From Fibrobacter succinogenes subsp. succinogenes S85 (lineage in GTDB: Bacteria; Fibrobacterota; Fibrobacteria; Fibrobacterales; Fibrobacteraceae), in NCBI RefSeq assembly GCF_000146505.1, contig NC_017448.1:2340001-2372000 (forward strand): a stretch of DNA of 32,000 nucleotides, read 5' to 3'. This document shows positions 1 through 6,762 of the stretch, one piece after another; position 1 is the first letter of the stretch; every line of letters begins with the position of its first letter. The position numbers and the translations under genes are program-made. The notes beneath the pieces were generated by a model. That model searched no databases and was not told where the DNA came from. It was given only the letters and a program-made list of their open reading frames with translations.

Positions 1-164
1 GCGACAAGGCCGAATCGGTCAGGCGGCGCGTTTACGAAGCGACAGGTGTTTCTATCCGTACGCCGGTGTGCTTCTCGGCTGGAACTGGCTACAACATGGA
101 TGCCGTGGTCGATGCCTTGATTGAGCAGATCCCGCGCTACCGCCCAGCCGTGCGCCATGCATGA
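1..164 (+). CDS. C-terminal fragment of a P-loop GTPase paralog (5' end lies outside the window)
   Basis: Frame 3 is open to TGA at 162-164. The translated tail DKAESVRRRVYEATGVSIRTPVCFSAG parallels KVESVRRRIKESTGVDVEPIYYSAG of the next ORF. Confidence 0.5.
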   Translation, partial: DKAESVRRRVYEATGVSIRTPVCFSAGTGYNMDAVVDALIEQIPRYRPAVRHA

Positions 165-179
165 AGTTGAAAAAAATGG

Positions 180-210
180 TTGACACTTTCACCGCAAAAG
201 CAGATGTAAT
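180..210 (+). promoter_or_regulatory. sigma70-like promoter candidate for the GTPase gene
   Basis: TTGACA at 180-185, a 19-nt spacer, TGTAAT at 205-210. The block GTTGACnnTTnnnnCGCAAAAGCAGATGTA recurs at 14325-14356. Confidence 0.35.
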
Positions 211-249
211 AGACAAAAGAATTCAACAAGGTTCATAAGGAGAACTAAA

Positions 250-1266
250 ATGACTTACAATACGAACAACATGGAATTTGTTACCAAGATGGAACACGAT
301 ATCGAAGCCTCTGGCCTCCCGGATGCAGTCAAGCACAAGCTTCTTGCCAACTTGCTGCTCCTCAAGAGCAAGAAGGTGAACCTCCTCATCACGGGTGCCA
401 CGGGCTGTGGCAAGAGTTCAACCATCAACGCGCTCTTTAATGCCGACGTGTCGAAGGTGGGTGTAGGTGTGGACCCCGAAACCATGGAAATCGAGAAGTA
501 CGAACTCGGCAACCTCGTTTTGTGGGATAGCCCGGGGCTTGGCGACGGCAAGGAAGCCGACAACCGTCACGCGAAAAACCTCACCGCGAAACTCCTCGAA
601 CGCGACGCCGATGGCAATCCGCTGATTGACCTCGTGCTGGTGATTCTCGACGGCAGCTCCCGCGACATGGGTACTTCCTTCGAGCTTATCAGCAACGTGA
701 TTGTCCCGAACCTCGGCGAAGACAAGTCCCGCATTCTGGTAGCGATCAACCAGGCCGACATGGCCATGAAGGGTCGCGGCTGGGACCGCGTGAACAACAG
801 GCCCGAACCCGCTTTGGAGCAGTTCTTGCAGGAGAAGGTGGAATCCGTTAGGCGCCGCATCAAGGAAAGTACGGGTGTTGATGTGGAACCCATCTACTAT
901 AGCGCAGGCTACAAGGATGGTGATGCTCCGCAGAGACCCTACAACTTGACCAAGCTCCTGTACCAGATTGTCCACTACACGCCCAAGGAAAAGCGCACGA
1001 TTTACGCGAACAACATCAACCGCGACCGTGAAATGTGGAAGGACGACGACGAACTCAAGGACTACCGCAACAGCATTCTGGACGATATTGTTGAATCGAT
1101 TTCGGACTGTGCTGAGACCGGGGCCGAGATTGGCGAAAGTCTGGGTGGCCTTTTTGGTAGCGCAGGCCGTACTGTGGGCCGTGTTGCAGGCCGCGTTGTC
1201 GGTGGCGCTTTCGGGGCGGTCAAGAGTATCGCGAAGTCCTTCTTCGGCGGACTCTTTGGCTGGTAA
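250..1266 (+). CDS. small GTPase (MMR_HSR1/YeeP-YfjP-like) with a Gly-rich amphipathic C-terminal tail
   Basis: AGGAG precedes the ATG. G1 motif GATGCGKSS, G3 motif DSPGLGD, G4 motif NQAD. The C-terminal ~45 aa read GESLGGLFGSAGRTVGRVAGRVVGGAFGAVKSIAKSFFGGLFGW. Confidence 0.85.
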   Translation: MTYNTNNMEFVTKMEHDIEASGLPDAVKHKLLANLLLLKSKKVNLLITGATGCGKSSTINALFNADVSKVGVGVDPETMEIEKYELGNLVLWDSPGLGDGKEADNRHAKNLTAKLLERDADGNPLIDLVLVILDGSSRDMGTSFELISNVIVPNLGEDKSRILVAINQADMAMKGRGWDRVNNRPEPALEQFLQEKVESVRRRIKESTGVDVEPIYYSAGYKDGDAPQRPYNLTKLLYQIVHYTPKEKRTIYANNINRDREMWKDDDELKDYRNSILDDIVESISDCAETGAEIGESLGGLFGSAGRTVGRVAGRVVGGAFGAVKSIAKSFFGGLFGW

Positions 1267-1321
1267 CGCCCCCACCTGCTCCTCATTAGCCACTTTGTGT
1301 GTCCCTTGTGTTGTGGCAGGG

Positions 1322-1352
1322 CGGTCCCGGTGAAAACCGGGGCCGTTTTTTA
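1322..1352 (+). terminator. intrinsic terminator after the GTPase gene
   Basis: Stem CGGTCCCGG / CCGGGGCCG with loop TGAAAA, followed by T6. It is homologous to the sRNA terminators further downstream. Confidence 0.7.
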
Positions 1353-1370
1353 TTTGGCAATTGAGGGCGC

Positions 1371-1544
1371 GGAGCCTAAAATTTCCCATTTTCACTCAAA
1401 AAAGTGTAAATTTAAGGTGTCCGGTCTGCATGGCCGGGTCGCAACTTGACATTTGATACAGACAACAAAAACGCCAATTTCGGGTGCGGCTGTTGCCAAC
1501 GGCCGCCTGGAACCCTTTATTTATGCAGGTTCCAGAGGGGTACT
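1371..1544 (+). promoter_or_regulatory. CRISPR leader copy L0 (internally deleted)
   Basis: Starts GGAGCCTAAAATTTCCCATTTTCACTC like the other leaders. It lacks about 80 nt, including the TTGTAA-N16-TATTAA promoter block. Confidence 0.7.
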
Positions 1545-1575
1545 CCCTGAAAAGCATTCCTCTCGCAAGAGAGAT
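1545..1575 (+). CRISPR. array A0: orphan single truncated repeat with no spacer
   Basis: CCCTGAAAAGCATTCCTCTCGCAAGAGAGAT runs directly into the T-tract and the sRNA promoter. Confidence 0.7.
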
Positions 1576-1625
1576 CTTTTTTCAAAAAACAGGTTGACAC
1601 TTTTGTTGTCTTTGTCGATATATGT

Positions 1626-1706
1626 TATGTCAGACGCTCGTTACGTTCGGCATAACATTTTACTCCTGAGGTTGGCGGTCCCGGTAAAAATCGGGGCCGT
1701 TTTTTA
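1626..1706 (+). ncRNA. trailer sRNA copy 0 (variant 1)
   Basis: TTGACA at 1594-1599, N17, GATATA at 1617-1622. Hairpin GTTATGTCAGACG..CGTTCGGCATAAC, single-stranded ATTTTACTCCTGAGG, then terminator stem plus T-run. Confidence 0.5.
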
Positions 1707-1724
1707 TTTGGCAATTGAGAGCGC

Positions 1725-1979
1725 GGAGCCTAAAAATTCCCATTTTCACTCAAAAAAGTGTAAATTTAAGGTGTCCGGTCTGCATGGCCGGGTCGCAACT
1801 TGACATTTGTTACAGACAACATTCGTGTTACCATGCCGAAATTGAGCTAAAAACGCCAATTTTGGGTGCTTTTTAGGGTTTTGTAAAGAAAAATTAAAAT
1901 TCTATTAAGTGCTTTTGCGTGCAGTTGTTACCAACGGCCGCCTGGAACCCTTTATTTATGCAGGTTCCAGAGGGGTACT
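1725..1979 (+). promoter_or_regulatory. CRISPR leader copy L1
   Basis: Conserved ~255-nt block. Candidate pre-crRNA promoter TTGTAA at 1881-1886, N16, TATTAA at 1903-1908. Hairpin CTGGAACC..GGTTCCAG sits just before repeat 1. Confidence 0.75.
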
Positions 1980-2379
1980 CCCTGAAAAGCATTACTCTCG
2001 CAAGAGAGATTAAGACTTAAACTCTTTTGTTGCTTTGAAGGGATTAAAATAGCCCTGAAAAGCATTACTCTCGCAAGAGAGATTAAGACTTTCATATTGT
2101 TACCTCCTAGAATTTTTCTATTCCCTCCCTGAAAAGCATTACTCTCGCAAGAGAGATTAAGACTTTGCAATCTTTGCCATGATCTTGGTCTTAGTGTTTT
2201 CCCTGAAAAGCATTACTCTCGCAAGAGAGATTAAGACAGAACACGCATTTCAGTATCGAGCCTTTCCTTGTCACCCTGAAAAGCATTACTCTCGCAAGAG
2301 AGATTAAGACCATCACTCATCTTTTTGAGTACCTCTGCAGGTACATCACCCTGAAAAGCATTACTCTCGCAAGAGAGAT

Positions 2380-2468
2380 GGCAACCTGGCGGTTGCCTGC
2401 TTGTCGGCTCGGTCATGCCCACGCAAGCGTGTTCGCGACGCTCGCCTCTGTCGCAGTAAGACTTGGAA
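2380..2468 (+). repeat. RSE, alpha type
   Basis: Splits the repeat that starts at 2349, after GAGAGAT. The 83-nt core ends GCAGTAAGAC, followed by linker TTGGAA and then CTCTCGCAAGAGAGATTAAGAC. Confidence 0.9.
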
Positions 2469-2558
2469 CTCTCGCAAGAGAGATTAAGACGGAGCTGGTT
2501 CCCATTCAGCAGATTCAATTGCTGATCCCCTGAAAAGCATTCCTCTCGCAAGAGAGAT

Positions 2559-2700
2559 GGCAACCTAGCGGCTGCCAGCTTGTCGGCTCGGTCATGCCCG
2601 TGCAAGCACGGTCGCGACACTCGCCTCTGTCGCAGTAAGACTTGGAAAGCGTAAAGCACTAACGTCATTGCAAGGAGTATAACGACGCGACGATCCACAA
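2559..2700 (+). repeat. RSE, alpha-prime type, with a 59-nt tail
   Basis: Core at 2559-2641 with hairpin 2 CGTG-CAAG-CACG. A unique tail at 2642-2700 precedes the terminal half-repeat. Confidence 0.85.
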
Positions 2701-2764
2701 CTCTCGCAAGAGAGTTTTTTTCAAAAATCTGGTTGACACTATTGTTGTCTTTGTCGATATATGT

Positions 2765-2845
2765 TATGTCAGACGCTCGTTACGTTCGGCATAACATTTT
2801 ACTCCTGAGGTTGGCGGTCTCGGTAAAATCGGGGCCGTTTTTTTT
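2765..2845 (+). ncRNA. trailer sRNA copy 1 (variant 1)
   Basis: TTGACA at 2733-2738, N17, GATATA at 2756-2761. Same hairpin, CCUC-containing segment and terminator as copy 0. Confidence 0.5.
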
Positions 2846-2924
2846 ATGTGGTTGACGTTCTTCTATATCAAAGAGATATAATGGTTGTCGGGCGCATGGG
2901 GCGTTCGGAAAAAAGAGGTAAAAT

Positions 2925-3020
2925 ATGAAAACTATTCAGCAAAGCATTTGGACTATTCCGTGGGGCGACATCCCGACTCCCCCGAAAATTTCATTTTTTG
3001 AGTCGGCGCTTTCATTCTAA
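2925..3020 (+). CDS. smORF1, 31 aa (MKTIQQSIWTIPWGDIPTPPKISFFESALSF)
   Basis: TTGACG at 2852-2857, N19, TATAAT at 2877-2882. SD AGAGGT lies 7 nt before the ATG. Conserved in 6 cassette copies, with synonymous-only changes in codons 5-23. Confidence 0.5.
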   Translation: MKTIQQSIWTIPWGDIPTPPKISFFESALSF

Positions 3021-3079
3021 AACGATAAAAACAGAAGGGTGCAATGTTGCACTGTCAAACCTTAACGGAGGATACCTCA

Positions 3080-3142
3080 ATGAGACCGATTGTCGCATCT
3101 GTTGATGAAACCGAAATCGAAATCCTTGCAAAACACTGCTAA
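3080..3142 (+). CDS. smORF2, 20 aa (MRPIVASVDETEIEILAKHC)
   Basis: SD GGAGGA precedes the ATG. Conserved in 6 copies; the differences are an in-frame 6-nt indel and a TAA/TGA stop swap. Confidence 0.4.
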   Translation: MRPIVASVDETEIEILAKHC

Positions 3143-3175
3143 TCAACGAATAAAATTTCAAACTAAAGCTTTAAA

Positions 3176-3204
3176 CCCCGGTGTCAAAAACCGGGCCTTT
3201 TTTG
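3176..3204 (+). terminator. terminator of the smORF module
   Basis: CCCGG..CCGGG stem followed by T6. Confidence 0.65.
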
Positions 3205-3221
3205 TTGTCAATTGGGGATGC

Positions 3222-3477
3222 GGAGCCTAAAATTCTCCATTTTCACTCAAAAAAGTGTAAATTTAAGGTGTCCGGTCTGCATGGCCGGGTCGCAATTTGA
3301 CATTTGTTACAGACAACATTCGTGTTACCATGCCGAAATTGAGCTAAAAACGCCAATTTCGGGTGCTTTTTAGGGTTTTGTAAAGAAAAATTAAAATTCT
3401 ATTAAGTGCTTTTGTGTGCAGTTGTTACCAACGGCCGCCTGGAGCCCTTTATTTATGCGGGTTCCAGAGGGGTACTC
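3222..3477 (+). promoter_or_regulatory. CRISPR leader copy L2
   Basis: Near-identical to L1. Confidence 0.75.
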
Positions 3478-3731
3478 CCCTGAAAAGCATTCCTCTCGCA
3501 AGAGAGATTAAGACTACTTTGCTTCGCAGCGTTGCTTATGGAAGAGCGTACCCCTGAAAAGCATTACTCTCGCAAGAGAGATTAAGACCTCTACGCTTAT
3601 TATAGATAATGAAGTTCTTAGGTTCTCCCTGAAAAGCATTACTCTCGCAAGAGAGATTAAGACCCTTACGCCAGTAAAGTGCAGTGTTAACGTTAAACAA
3701 CCCTGAAAAGCATTCCTCTCGCAAGAGAGAT

Positions 3732-3853
3732 GGCAACCTTGCGGTTGCCTGCTTGTCGGCTCGGAAATGGTCCCGCAAGCGGTCCCGCTTCGCTCGCCTC
3801 TGTCGCAGTAAGACCAAGATGTCATTCTGGAGCCGAAGGCGATAGAATCCATA
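3732..3853 (+). repeat. RSE, beta type, with a 39-nt hairpin tail
   Basis: Core at 3732-3814 (AAATGGTCCCGCAAGCGGTCCCGC variant). The tail CAAGATGTCATTCTGGAGCCGAAGGCGATAGAATCCATA is identical to the tail at 11208-11246. Confidence 0.9.
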
Positions 3854-3944
3854 CTCTCGCAAGAGAGATTAAGACTTTTCTAGCCCCTCCGCTATATGCT
3901 TTTCGAACCTTTCCCCTGAAAAGCATTCCTCTCGCAAGAGAGAT

Positions 3945-4036
3945 TGCAGCTACGCCGCCAAATGGTCGGTTCGGTCATGCCGGAATGCAAGCATTCCGTC
4001 GCGACGCTCACCTTATCCATTTGTAAGACTCTTTAA
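3945..4036 (+). repeat. RSE, gamma type
   Basis: 85-nt core GCAGCTACGCCGCC-AAATGG..GGAATG-CAAG-CATTCC..CCATTTG-TAAGAC plus linker TCTTTAA. Confidence 0.9.
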
Positions 4037-4128
4037 CTCTCGCAAGAGAGATTAAGACTTCTTGAGACGACGCACATACTCGCCTACGTTATGGACACCC
4101 TGAAAAGCATTCCTCTCGCAAGAGAGAT

Positions 4129-4328
4129 GACAATCTTCGATTGTCTGCTCCTAGGCTCGGCAATGGAAATGCAAGCATTTCCGCTGCTCTCGTCTTACGT
4201 CGCAGTGCGAGCCTGGCGGTTGCCTGCTTGTCGACTCGGAAATGGTCCCGCAAGCGTGTTCGCGACGCTCGCCTCTGTCGCAGTAAGACTAAAACAGGGT
4301 CCGTGAACCTGCCGAAGGGCCGCGAAGA
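4129..4328 (+). repeat. RSE, delta type (head-to-tail dimer), with a 39-nt tail
   Basis: The first monomer has GACAATC/GATTGTC and GGAAATG-CAAG-CATTTCC and is fused at ..CGTCGCAGTGCGAGCC.. to a second monomer that ends GCAGTAAGAC at 4289. Confidence 0.85.
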
Positions 4329-4392
4329 CTCTCGCAAGGGAATTTTTTTCAAAATTCTAGTTGACACTTTTGTTGTGCATAGCGATATAGTG

Positions 4393-4437
4393 TATGTTGA
4401 GTGGCTCCGGTGAAAACCGGGGCCGTTCGTGTTTTTG
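4393..4437 (+). ncRNA. degenerate, truncated trailer sRNA
   Basis: TTGACA at 4361-4366 and GATATA at 4384-4389 are kept. The 5' hairpin and the CCUC segment are deleted. The terminator stem is kept but the U-tract is weak. Confidence 0.3.
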
Positions 4438-4441
4438 GTGG

Positions 4442-4470
4442 TTGACATTTTCCCAAAACGAAAAGACATA
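4442..4470 (+). promoter_or_regulatory. candidate cas1-cas2 promoter, homologous to the smORF-module promoter
   Basis: GTGGTTGACATT (compare GTGGTTGACGTT in the cassettes). TTGACA at 4442-4447, N17, GACATA at 4465-4470. The following GGTTGTAGGGG parallels GGTTGTCGGGCG. Confidence 0.4.
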
Positions 4471-4526
4471 AAGGTTGTAGGGGTGCAAAGCCCCGGACAC
4501 AACTCAAAAAATGGGGAATCTATGCT

Positions 4527-5558
4527 ATGCATTTATACGTGACCGAACAGGGGACCCGCCTGGGGAAAAATGGCGGGCATTTGGTGGTCCAGCGCGACGG
4601 CTGTACCATAGACGATATTCTTTTGTCCGAGGTCGATTCGCTTTCGCTCTTTGGGGCGGTCCACCCGACGACAGACGCGATGCTTGCCTTGCTAGATAAG
4701 GGGGCGGACATTGCGTTCCTGAGCAGTGGCGGGCGGTATCGCGGGCGGCTTGTCTCGGCGGTGGGCAAGAATGTGCCTCTGCGGCTTTGCCAGTACGATG
4801 TCTTCCGCGACGATGATCGGGCTTTCGCGCTTGCAAAATCCTGTGTTGTCCGCAAGCTGGAAAACGGTTTGCGCGTCCTGGAGGCGTATTCCAAGAACCC
4901 GCACAATTCCTTCCGTTTTGAAAACCGCGACGAATACTTGCGGAACCTGAACGCTGTCCGGAGATTGCAAGGCTTTGATCGGGATGAACTACGGGGTTTT
5001 GAGGGCAATGGCGCGAGAATATATTTTGAAAACTTTGGTCGATGCCTGGCTTGCGGGCTGGATTTTCCCGGACGGAAATATCACCCGAGTACGGATCCCG
5101 TAAACGCGCTGCTTTCTTTTGGCTACACCCTTACGGCCCGTTCCCTGGAATCGCTGCTGGAGTCTTATGGAATGGACCCGATGTTAGGTTATCTGCACGA
5201 ACCCTCCTATGGCAGGAATTCGCTGGCGCAGGATATGCTTGAGGAGTTCCGGCATCCGCTTGTTGATAGGCTTGTGCTGTTCCTCTTCAATAGACGCGTT
5301 CTGGTGGCGGATGATTTTGAACAAAGAAATGATGAAAACTCGTCGGGACAGCTATTTCTGAAACCTGAAAAAATGCGTGTATTCTTGCACCATTACGAAG
5401 ATTTTGTGGCAAGGCCGAACGGCATCTATCAGGGGTTGGCGAATTTGCCTTGGCGCAGCGTGATGCGGCTCCGGGTCGAAGCGTTCCGTCGGTTGCTCTT
5501 GGAAGGAGTCGAGATGGCGGACTTGCAATGGAATCCCGAATACAGCGAGTCGGCATGA
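4527..5558 (+). CDS. cas1: CRISPR integrase Cas1
   Basis: 343 aa. Contains the typical Cas1 blocks DPVNALLSFGYTL and GYLHEPSYGRNSLAQDMLEEFRHPLVD. Confidence 0.95.
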   Translation: MHLYVTEQGTRLGKNGGHLVVQRDGCTIDDILLSEVDSLSLFGAVHPTTDAMLALLDKGADIAFLSSGGRYRGRLVSAVGKNVPLRLCQYDVFRDDDRAFALAKSCVVRKLENGLRVLEAYSKNPHNSFRFENRDEYLRNLNAVRRLQGFDRDELRGFEGNGARIYFENFGRCLACGLDFPGRKYHPSTDPVNALLSFGYTLTARSLESLLESYGMDPMLGYLHEPSYGRNSLAQDMLEEFRHPLVDRLVLFLFNRRVLVADDFEQRNDENSSGQLFLKPEKMRVFLHHYEDFVARPNGIYQGLANLPWRSVMRLRVEAFRRLLLEGVEMADLQWNPEYSESA

Positions 5559-5830
5559 AGTATCTGGTCGCGTTCGATATTTCAAATTCCCGCCGCCGCG
5601 GGAGGATGGTTAAGCTGTGCCTTGCGACTGGGTTTCGTGTGCAGAAGTCGGTATTCGAGTCGTTCTTGGACTCGGTGCAGGTGGCGAGTTTTGAAAACGA
5701 GGCCGAAAAGATTATTGATCCTGATACGGATTCGGTGAGGCTGTACCCGATTGACGCGCGGGCTGACGAAGGCGTGCGTATAGTCGGTTGCGGAAAGCGT
5801 ATTGAAAATCCCGCCTTCAAGGTGCTGTAG
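5555..5830 (+). CDS. cas2: Cas2
   Basis: ATGA overlap with the cas1 stop. MKYLVAFDISNSRRRGRM..VQKSVFE..DSVRLYPI is a Cas2 ferredoxin-fold signature. I chose the internal ATG over the longer ORF that starts at 5450. Confidence 0.9.
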   Translation: MKYLVAFDISNSRRRGRMVKLCLATGFRVQKSVFESFLDSVQVASFENEAEKIIDPDTDSVRLYPIDARADEGVRIVGCGKRIENPAFKVL

Positions 5831-6086
5831 CGGACCCAGAAATTTCCCATTTTCACTCAAAAAAGTGTAAATTTAAGGCGTCCGGTCTGCATGGCCGGGT
5901 CGCAACTTGACATTTGTTACAGACAACATTCGTGTTACCATGCCGAAATTGAGCTAAAAACGCCAATTTCGGGTGCTTTTTAGGGTTTTGTAAAGAAAAA
6001 TTAAAATTCTATTAAGTGCTTTTGCGTGCAGTTGTTACCAACGGCCGCCTGGAACCCTTTATTTATGCGGGTTCCAGAGGGGTACT
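5831..6086 (+). promoter_or_regulatory. CRISPR leader copy L3
   Basis: Starts immediately after the cas2 stop. Homologous to L1. Confidence 0.75.
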
Positions 6087-6188
6087 CCCTGAAAAGTATT
6101 CCTCTCGCAAGAGAGATTAAGACGTCGATCCTTCTTTTGGCCCCAACCTTCTTCTCCCCCTGAAAAGTATTCCTCTCGCAAGAGAGAT

Positions 6189-6280
6189 TGCAGCTACGCT
6201 GCCAAATGGTCGGTTCGGTCATGCCGGAATGCAAGCATTCCGTCGCGACGCTCACCTTATCCATTTGTAAGACTCTTTAA
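6189..6280 (+). repeat. RSE, gamma type
   Basis: Like 3945-4036 but with hairpin 1 GCAGC-TAC-GCTGC fully paired. Confidence 0.9.
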
Positions 6281-6370
6281 CTCTCGCAAGAGAGATTAAG
6301 ACTCAAATGGAGCTCGACAACCGGAGAATAGGCTTCATCCCCTGAAAAGCATTCCTCTCGCAAGAGAGAT

Positions 6371-6532
6371 TGCAGCCTGGCGGCTGCCTGCTTGTCGGCT
6401 CGGAAATGGTCCCGCAAGCGGTCCCGCTTCGCTCGCCTCTGTCGCAGTAAGACTAAAGAAAAGCGGAATATACCTCACAATGTCATCTCGGTCCTGTGCC
6501 GGGAACGCCATGTTTCTCTGAAGGTAAAAGAC
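6371..6532 (+). repeat. RSE, beta type, with a 79-nt tail
   Basis: Core at 6371-6453 (hairpin 1 GCAGCC/GGCTGC). The tail TAAAGAAAAGCGGAATATACC..GGTAAAAGAC is shared with 13425-13503. Confidence 0.9.
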
Positions 6533-6598
6533 CTCTCGCAAGAGAGATCTTTTTTCAAAAAACAGGTTGACACTTTTGTTGTCTTTGTCGATATATGT

Positions 6599-6679
6599 TA
6601 TGTCAGACGCTCGTTACGTTCGGCATAACATTTTACTCCTGAGGTTGGCGGTCCCGGTAAAAATCGGGGCCGTTTTTTA
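6599..6679 (+). ncRNA. trailer sRNA copy 3 (variant 1)
   Basis: TTGACA at 6567-6572, N17, GATATA at 6590-6595. Hairpin, CCUC segment and terminator are all present. Confidence 0.5.
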
Positions 6680-6762
6680 TTTTATGTGGTTGACGTTCTT
6701 CTATATCAAAGTGATATAATGGTTGTCGGGCGCATGGGGCGTTCGGAAAAAAGAGGTAAAAT

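Larger units (their letters stand above)
1980..2714 (+). CRISPR. array A1: 7 repeat units, 6 spacers (36-38 nt); the last two repeats are split by RSEs
   Basis: Repeats start at 1980, 2053, 2127, 2201, 2274, 2349 and 2528. The terminal half-repeat CTCTCGCAAGAGAG at 2701-2714 is followed by T7. Confidence 0.95.
3478..4342 (+). CRISPR. array A2: 6 repeat units, 5 spacers; the last three repeats are split by RSEs
   Basis: Repeats start at 3478, 3552, 3627, 3701, 3914 and 4098. The degenerate terminal half-repeat CTCTCGCAAGGGAA is followed by a T-tract. Confidence 0.95.
6087..6548 (+). CRISPR. array A3: 3 repeat units, 2 spacers; two repeats are split by RSEs
   Basis: Repeats start at 6087, 6158 and 6340 (variant AAAAGTATTCC). 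The terminal half-repeat is at 6533-6548. Confidence 0.9.

Noticed and set aside
418-1395. Long antisense ORFs opposite real genes: 418-1395 (-), 15421-16104 (-), 20876-21580 (-), 24745-25500 (-), 26945-28333 (-), 28340-28798 (+) and 30135-31601 (+).
   Set aside because: These are shadow ORFs of GC-moderate coding regions. The sense-strand proteins have clear family motifs, and the antisense translations are low-complexity and Arg/Ser-rich.
1453-1803. A 116-aa ORF covering leader L0, array A0 and sRNA copy 0.
   Set aside because: It spans a repeat, a promoter and a terminator of the reiterated noncoding cassette, and it is not conserved as an ORF in the other cassette copies.
2380-2462. The RSE core as a known self-cleaving ribozyme or other known RNA class.
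   Set aside because: There is no hammerhead core (CUGAUGA...GAAA). Hairpin 1 closes immediately (7 bp with a 3-4 nt loop), which is incompatible with the nested P1/P2/P3 topology of HDV-like ribozymes. I recognise no twister, pistol or hatchet consensus. There is no tRNA-like cloverleaf. I cannot exclude an unknown ribozyme.
1952-4532. Many six-frame ORFs across the arrays, for example 2231-2698 (-), 3514-3852 (-), 3730-4026 (+) and 4089-4532 (-). The same applies to 6001-8138, 9029-9701, 10456-11341, 12081-12385 and 13288-14214.
   Set aside because: They are translations of the CRISPR repeat and RSE sequence. The recurring peptides LSCESNAFQG and SLAREI are the repeat read in different frames. 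They have no independent start or RBS signals, and they change frame with spacer length.
5450-5554. A longer cas2 ORF starting at 5450.
   Set aside because: The upstream part overlaps the cas1 C-terminus in another frame. The canonical Cas2 N-terminus MKYLVAFDIS starts at 5555 with an ATGA overlap.
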